Positions 59,213-64,000 of a DNA stretch of 64,000 nucleotides are shown here, in pieces. The notes under the pieces are model-generated. The model was not told the DNA's origin. It worked only from the letters and a program-made list of their open reading frames with translations, and searched no databases. Position 1 is the stretch's first letter. Every line of letters begins with the position of its first letter. Origin of the DNA: Zootoca vivipara. Its lineage: Eukaryota. The translations under genes and the position numbers were made by a program. The stretch lies in contig NC_083279.1 of NCBI RefSeq assembly GCF_963506605.1, positions 25,296,001-25,360,000 on the forward strand. The letters are read 5' to 3'.

Positions 59213-62088
59213 ACTCCTATCACTGACCTTTTGGAAGAATATAATAAAAATGTTCACAACACAAAAGTTTTTCATATTCCTGTTTATATGTACCCTAAGC
59301 ATTGCTTGGATTTATATAGTCTATCAGGAAGTTAAAGCTGCAGTTACTGAAGAGGTTACTCAGAAGTTTCAGATATTAATTCAAGTGGATATGCAAGCTG
59401 CAAAGAATTTGCACATGGCCTCTTGTTATGCTTCTGCCAAAGAGTAAGTTGTGAAGAGAGAGAGTGTTCGCTTAAATACACATTCTCCTTAGCAAAACAT
59501 CTAAAATGGCACAGTAAGAGGCCTTGCACAACTACTGTGGTTTATGGAACCTCACATGATAACATCCAAAGCTGCTTTCATAAACAGTACTGTTCATATT
59601 CCATGGTTTAAAAACAGCTTCTAATTCCCTTAGATAAGTGTTTAACATAACAGTTCCAAAGTATCTGAAAATCTGAGAAACATGCTTTAGCATTTACTTG
59701 GCAGCATTTTGACTTTTATATTCATTTCAGCAGCATCAGAGGTCCAGCCCCAATATCCTTATTGTTGAAGAGAAAGTGCTTATACCACAGATCTCTTATT
59801 CATGTTTTGCTAGAACTGTTGACTTTTGAACAGTTGACATTGGGAACTTCCCCTCAAATATTATTCTTAGTATTTTTAAAGCATTTTTTTTCAAGTTTCA
59901 AGCTATAAAGTTTTGTTGGTGCTTTTCTACAACACATTTATTCCCTGTTCAAAAGAGGGAACGGTTAAGTAACTTTCATGCCAAGGAAGACATAAGAAAG
60001 CTTCCAAGACATTTTGTAACAGGCTCCAGCAAGCACAATCCATGTGCTCTTATATTTACATGCATTATCCATTGTACTTGATGTGCATAAGCTTGCGCAC
60101 ATGACATTTCACATTCAGTAACTGGAGAACACATGTGCAATGGTCATATCAAACCCCATAATTATCCTCATATACACACTTAACACAACAGACACTGTTT
60201 CCACTGGTGTACCACTGGTGTCCCTGTGCTGCTCCTGATCTCTGGATCACACAGCAAGTGTGTTTCAGAGTGTAAGGGAATCCATTTAATGAGAACACTA
60301 TATGGGAATTTTTTGTTATAGTGCTATGAATGTCTCCTGCTCATACCTTCTGAATAAAACATGTCTTTCATTATTAATGGTTAAATGCACTAGCACTTTT
60401 CTTCAAGATAAACCCAAATGACATGTTCAGACGCCATACAAGTGGAAGCCAGCTCACACAACCAGTCTCTTTCCTCCTTTAGTACCTGAAAAACTGCTCC
60501 AGAGGGTTGGAAGGTCTTAAACACTCTGGGAAGTGTAGTACTGGGCTAGAGTAAGAGTGAGTAATCACCTGAAATCGGGTGGAAGTGAAGATTCTTTTGG
60601 GACAAAGAGGGATTGCTAGGGCTGCAGAGGGGAAGGAAGAGAAAGATGGGTTGCAGAACCTGTCTTCTGTACAGGCAACCATTGTGTGCACTTAGGAGCT
60701 AGCATACAAGATTGCTTCTTAAAGATTCTATAGTAAATTCGTCTGCAGCAGTCTCCCATCGAACAAGAATGAAACAAGCCCTTTCTAGAGCTGATGGAGG
60801 AAAAGTCTCACTGAGCACATAGCAGCATAGCTCTCGCTCTCTTTACTTTGCAACTAATCATTTAACAAATTAAATTATATTCAATTGCACCTCAACTAGA
60901 TAGCTACTGAGAGCCCTGTCTCACAACAAAATAAAGTTACCTTCGGGTACTGTTAGCACTTCCAAGGCAATGTACTCAATAGGAAAAGTATGTTTAAAAC
61001 TCAAAAGTATAAAAATAAAAAGGTGTACCTTTAGGTATAATCACTTTCCCTCTAAATTAATGGCCAACTTTAGTGCTTCTCAGTCACAAACTCAGCCTGT
61101 ACTGTAGTTGTCAGGCAATGTTTTTAGAATACATACTCTTACCTATGCATTCTTAAACACTTGTCCCTTAGCATTAGGGCTAAACTATATGGTGTTAGGA
61201 AGGCACCACAGCATTTCCAATACTGTGTTTCCTTTGCCCCTTATGCATTGTAACACTCCCACTCCCTTCTACCTGGACTCAGAAATTGTTTCTGGCCAGG
61301 AGAAATCTTGTAACATTGAGGATTTCAAGGAAGAATTGGTAGCCATGGGAAAAGCTTAACTAAACTCCTGCCTGTTCACTTAGCTTCTATGAATGCCACC
61401 CACACTTGCATTCTCTTCCCTCTGTATAACACCAATAAATGACCCTACAATAGCTAAGGATCTCAAGTTAGGCCCTTACAAATATAGTTCTCATTGTGGA
61501 ATGAACTTGTGTAATACCACTTCAGCAAAAGCTTGTGTAATTAATCTTCCATACTAATTTTTAAAAATGAAATCCTTCCACAGAGAAAACAAGATGTCAG
61601 AGGAAAAGTTAAAGCTTTGCCTTCTTCACATGGTAGTTTTCCATGTGCAGAGATTTTGCTTGTAGGTGAACAAGCCCTCATCACATGCAAGCCTTAAAGG
61701 TTCAACCTAGCCACACCCACCTCAGTAAGAACTGGACCATAAAAACCCTCCATACATAGCAGCTCCAGGGACTGTAACCAGACAAAACTTAATCCAAGTA
61801 GAAATATTTAAATCTCAAATGTTAAAGTAAAATAGTGTTTCAGTTAGTTTGGTGAGTTATTGAAATGCCAACAACCACAGTAGGCTACTAGCTAATGTTT
61901 GTTTACGCCCTCAAGTCCTACTCTGTATTTATCCTACCGTACTTAGCCCAGTGCCTGCCTAGCAGTTAAAGGCATTGTCCCAGGTAGATTTATCCTCAAA
62001 CAGCTCCATCCCGGCAAAGGAAGTGGCATTAGACTCAGCCACCCACACACCCTGCCCCATTCAGGTACAAGAAATAACACTCCTTGTT

Positions 62089-63645
62089 CTACCCGAACAC
62101 ATTGGACTTAGGTCTGAGCTTGAAAGAGGATTTTAGGGACCTTTCTTCTTGACCTTCCTCCTCTGCATCCCCGCGGAAAGAAGGAGTGGTGTGGATGATC
62201 TGGGTCCGGAAGCGGATTTTGTTGAGCCGCGGTTTTATCCTCCCGCTGCCCGAGGTTTTCCTGCTCAGTTCTTTAGCCTTGCCGGGCGCTCCAGCCCCGT
62301 CTCCCGTCTCCCCATCGTCCCCGTGGTGGGGCAGGAGGTGGTGGGAGAGCTTATAGGAGATGAGGTTGGCCGGCAGCACCTTGGAGAGCCTCCAGCGCCC
62401 GCTGCCGTTGGTCGCTCCGCCGTCGGCCTCGTCCTGCAGGGCCCCCACCAGGCTGCGCACCTCGTCGGCGGTGCTGCGGCTCAGGTAGTGCGCGGCCTTG
62501 CGCCCGCTGTAGTCGCGCACGTCCACGTCGGCGTCGTAGGCACCCACCAGCAGCTTGACCACCTCCAGGTGCCCGTGCATGGCGGCCAGGTGCAGCGCCG
62601 TGTAGCCTCCGCTGGTGCGCGCGTTCACGTCCACGGGTAGCCGGTGCCTCTGCGCGAAGTTCACCAGCAGCGCCAGCAGCTCGTGGCGGCCGTGCTTGGC
62701 GGCCCAGTGCACGCACGTGAAGCCCGTGATGAAGTCCCGCTTGCACAGCAGCGACGGCTCGCAGCTCAGCAGGCCCTCTAGGCTCTCCCAGCGGCCGTCC
62801 GAAGCGCACAGCATCCACGCGTGCTCCAGGGGGTCCAGGGCCACCGAGGCGCCCGAGTTGCTGCCGCCCTCGTCCTCAGCAGAAGACGACGCCAGCGAGG
62901 CGCTGTCCGAGTCCCCCCCGCTGGCGGTGGAGCGGCTCCCGCGAGGGGCAAGCCCGCCGCCGCGCTTCAGCTGAGGGGAGCTGCCCAGCATCCGCTCGCG
63001 GAAGTTCTTGCGCGCGCAACGCGGGGTGGTGGCGGGGGCCGCCGCGGGGGCAACCCCCGAGGCGGCGGCGGCGGAGTCGTCCTCAGGCGGGGTCTCGCCA
63101 CTGCCCGGCTCTGGCTCCCCGTGCTGAGAGCGGCTGTCCTCCTGCTCCTCTCTCCCCTCCTGGCCTCCTCCTCCTCCAGGGGTCGCCTGAGGCACCTCAG
63201 CGGCATCGGGCGCCTCAAGCTGCCGGGGTCCGCTTTCCTCCACAGCAACAGGGAGGCTCCTTTTCGCCGCCGCCGCCGCCACCTCCTCCTCTTCCTTCTG
63301 GGGCTCCCCCGCTTCTCGCCGGGCAGCTTCGCCATCTCCGCCAGGCTCGGGGGGCAGCCGGGGCCCCCCGGGTTCCTCAGCCGGCTCGGCGGCCACGACG
63401 GCAACGGCGACCCTGTACTTCTTCCTCAGCTGCACGTACTTGGCCCCGGAGCCGGGCTCTTGCCTCACGGTAGCCACGGCGTTGACCATCTCTTTGAAGC
63501 GCTCCCTGGCGCGCGAGCGGCGCTGCTGGTCGGGGGAGTTGAGGTAGCCTCGGAAGTGGTCCAACAGGTCGGCGTTGCGAGCCCGACCTCCCCGCTCCGA
63601 TAGGAACTGAAGCACCGCGTCCTGGCTCGGCTCCGCTGCGGCCAT
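62089..63645 (-). CDS. SOWAHC: Ankyrin repeat domain-containing protein SOWAHC (ANKRD57), intronless, 518 aa
   Basis: N-terminal AVLQFLSERGGRARNADLLDHFR...FKEMVNAVATVR; LDPLEHAWML; ankyrin repeats DFITGFTCVHWAAKHG and GYTALHLAAMHGH; C-terminus KLRPKSNVFG. Confidence 0.93.
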   Translation of the reverse strand: MAAAEPSQDAVLQFLSERGGRARNADLLDHFRGYLNSPDQQRRSRARERFKEMVNAVATVRQEPGSGAKYVQLRKKYRVAVAVVAAEPAEEPGGPRLPPEPGGDGEAARREAGEPQKEEEEVAAAAAKRSLPVAVEESGPRQLEAPDAAEVPQATPGGGGGQEGREEQEDSRSQHGEPEPGSGETPPEDDSAAAASGVAPAAAPATTPRCARKNFRERMLGSSPQLKRGGGLAPRGSRSTASGGDSDSASLASSSAEDEGGSNSGASVALDPLEHAWMLCASDGRWESLEGLLSCEPSLLCKRDFITGFTCVHWAAKHGRHELLALLVNFAQRHRLPVDVNARTSGGYTALHLAAMHGHLEVVKLLVGAYDADVDVRDYSGRKAAHYLSRSTADEVRSLVGALQDEADGGATNGSGRWRLSKVLPANLISYKLSHHLLPHHGDDGETGDGAGAPGKAKELSRKTSGSGRIKPRLNKIRFRTQIIHTTPSFRGDAEEEGQEERSLKSSFKLRPKSNVFG

Positions 63646-64000
63646 CGGAGCGCAGAGGGACCCAACTGTCGCCGCCTCCGCCGCGCAGCGAACTGAAGGC
63701 GGCTCAGCGCGCGGTCGTCGCCTCCTCCCTCCTCGCGTTGCCCCATGGCATCGTCGCTAACATTTCCCTCAGGGCTCCTGAGGCGGCATCGCCAGGCTCA
63801 AATCACGGCGCCGACGTCAACGTCGTCGTCCTCGCCGCTCCCTGGCATTATACCCATTCCAGGCGCTCGCCGCCTCCCTCACGTGACGCCAGCCTGAGGG
63901 GGAACGAGGGCGGCGCCTACCGGCACAGTTTAAATTCGGAGGAGGAGGAGGAGGAGTCCGAGCGAGCGGCGCGGCCCTCTTGAGGGCGGGGCTGTTAATG
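63646..64000. promoter_or_regulatory. CpG-island promoter / 5' UTR of SOWAHC
   Basis: CpG-dense and continuous with the CDS; E-box tcacgtgac (63879-63887); GC box gggcgggg (~63984). Confidence 0.7.

Noticed and set aside
62149-63603. Antisense ORFs (163, 119 and 260 aa) over SOWAHC
   Set aside because: Shadow ORFs of a very GC-rich CDS
63746-64000. Plus-strand MASSL... ORF and terminal ATG as a possible SEPTIN10 start
   Set aside because: SEPTIN10 is expected head-to-head by synteny, but this ORF stops without a donor site and the window ends before the last ATG can be evaluated

Overview
Vertebrate genomic DNA, most likely a lacertid-type lizard (Sauria SINEs, BovB, Penelope-like and Tigger-like elements). 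Gene order: the last seven coding exons of UPF3A (+, 239-8643); a four-exon FBXO36-like F-box gene that the ORF track barely shows (-, 16698-11459, 180 aa, needs a GC-AG intron); a CpG-island promoter (~22.2-23.1 kb); the single-exon CDS of CHAMP1 (+, 26665/26698-29847); ~30 kb with no recognisable gene; and intronless SOWAHC (-, 63645-62089) in a second CpG island. The most notable observations are the FBXO36 paralogue in a non-canonical neighbourhood, a minimal hammerhead ribozyme inside a palindromic Penelope-like insertion (39554-39595), a UPF3A with a UPF3B-type EJC-binding motif, and two solo LTRs, one carrying nested DNA transposons just upstream of the F-box gene. Gene and repeat names come from recalled sequences and motifs, not from database searches.
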